A stretch of 62,287 nt of DNA, counting the filler, from Chiloscyllium plagiosum (Eukaryota), in the NCBI RefSeq assembly GCF_004010195.1. It is 3 parts of one record of this genome, joined end to end, with 100 filler letters (N's around TTAATTAATTAA, not from the genome) between each part and the next. Parts side by side here need not be neighbours in the genome. Positions count along the whole stretch, not along the records: positions 48,684 to 62,287 come from NC_057716.1; 2 more parts are not named here. One strand, 5' to 3'. Of the stretch, positions 62,053 through 62,287 are shown piece by piece. Numbering within the stretch: position 1 is the first letter of the stretch; every line of letters starts with the position of its first letter. A program made the translations under genes and the position numbers. The notes under the pieces are model-generated. The model was not told where the DNA came from, searched no databases, and worked only from the letters and a program-made list of their open reading frames with translations.

Positions 62053-62287
62053 ATCTGGATTAGTGGTGCTGGAAGACCACAGCAGTTCAGGCAGCATCCA
62101 AGGAGCTTTGAAATCGACGTTTCGGGTAAAAACCCTTCATCAGGAATAAAGGCAGTGAGCCTGAAGCGTGGAGAGATAAGCTAGAGGAGGGTGGGGGTGG
62201 GGAGAAAGTAGCATAGAGTACAATGGGTGAGTGGGGGAGGGGATGAAGATGATAGGATAGGGAGGAGAGGGTGGAGTGGATAGGTGG
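62053..62287 (-). mobile_element. Penelope terminal repeat (runs off window)
   Basis: Reverse complement of the 45335-45450 terminal repeat plus upstream C-rich UTR. Confidence 0.78.
62116..62143 (-). ncRNA. Minimal type I hammerhead ribozyme motif in PLE terminal repeat
   Basis: Minus strand CTGATGA-A-GGGT tttt ACCC-GAAA-CGTC; compensatory U-A pair replaces the C-G seen in other copies. Confidence 0.72.

Overview
Repeat-dense vertebrate genomic DNA, almost certainly from an elasmobranch (shark). The inference rests on HE1-type SINEs, CR1 LINEs with (TTCTATG)n tails and Neptune-type Penelope elements. The window is three sequence blocks joined by artificial 100-nt spacers (N44-TTAATTAATTAA-N44 at 26599-26698 and 48584-48683), plus an ordinary gap at 50508-51052. 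Host genes appear only as fragments. Block 1 has five minus-strand exons of a divergent myosin-X-like gene (end of motor, IQ1-3, SAH/coiled-coil, PEST). Block 2 has exon 1 and the GC-box promoter of a RETREG/FAM134 gene. Block 3 has the RING-CH exon of a MARCHF4-like gene. The rest is nested CR1, Rex1/Babar, Penelope-like (PLE), SINE, MITE and satellite DNA, and most ORFs in the ORF track are transposon debris or satellite read-through. The most striking non-genic signal is a family of ~100-290-bp non-coding, often fold-back (palindromic) insertions derived from Penelope terminal repeats. They carry minimal hammerhead-ribozyme cores (CUGAnGA-stem II-GAAAC-GUH) with covarying stems and are flanked by 7-15-bp target-site duplications. 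One copy starts exactly at the predicted self-cleavage site. All coordinates were read by eye; boundaries of old repeats are approximate.
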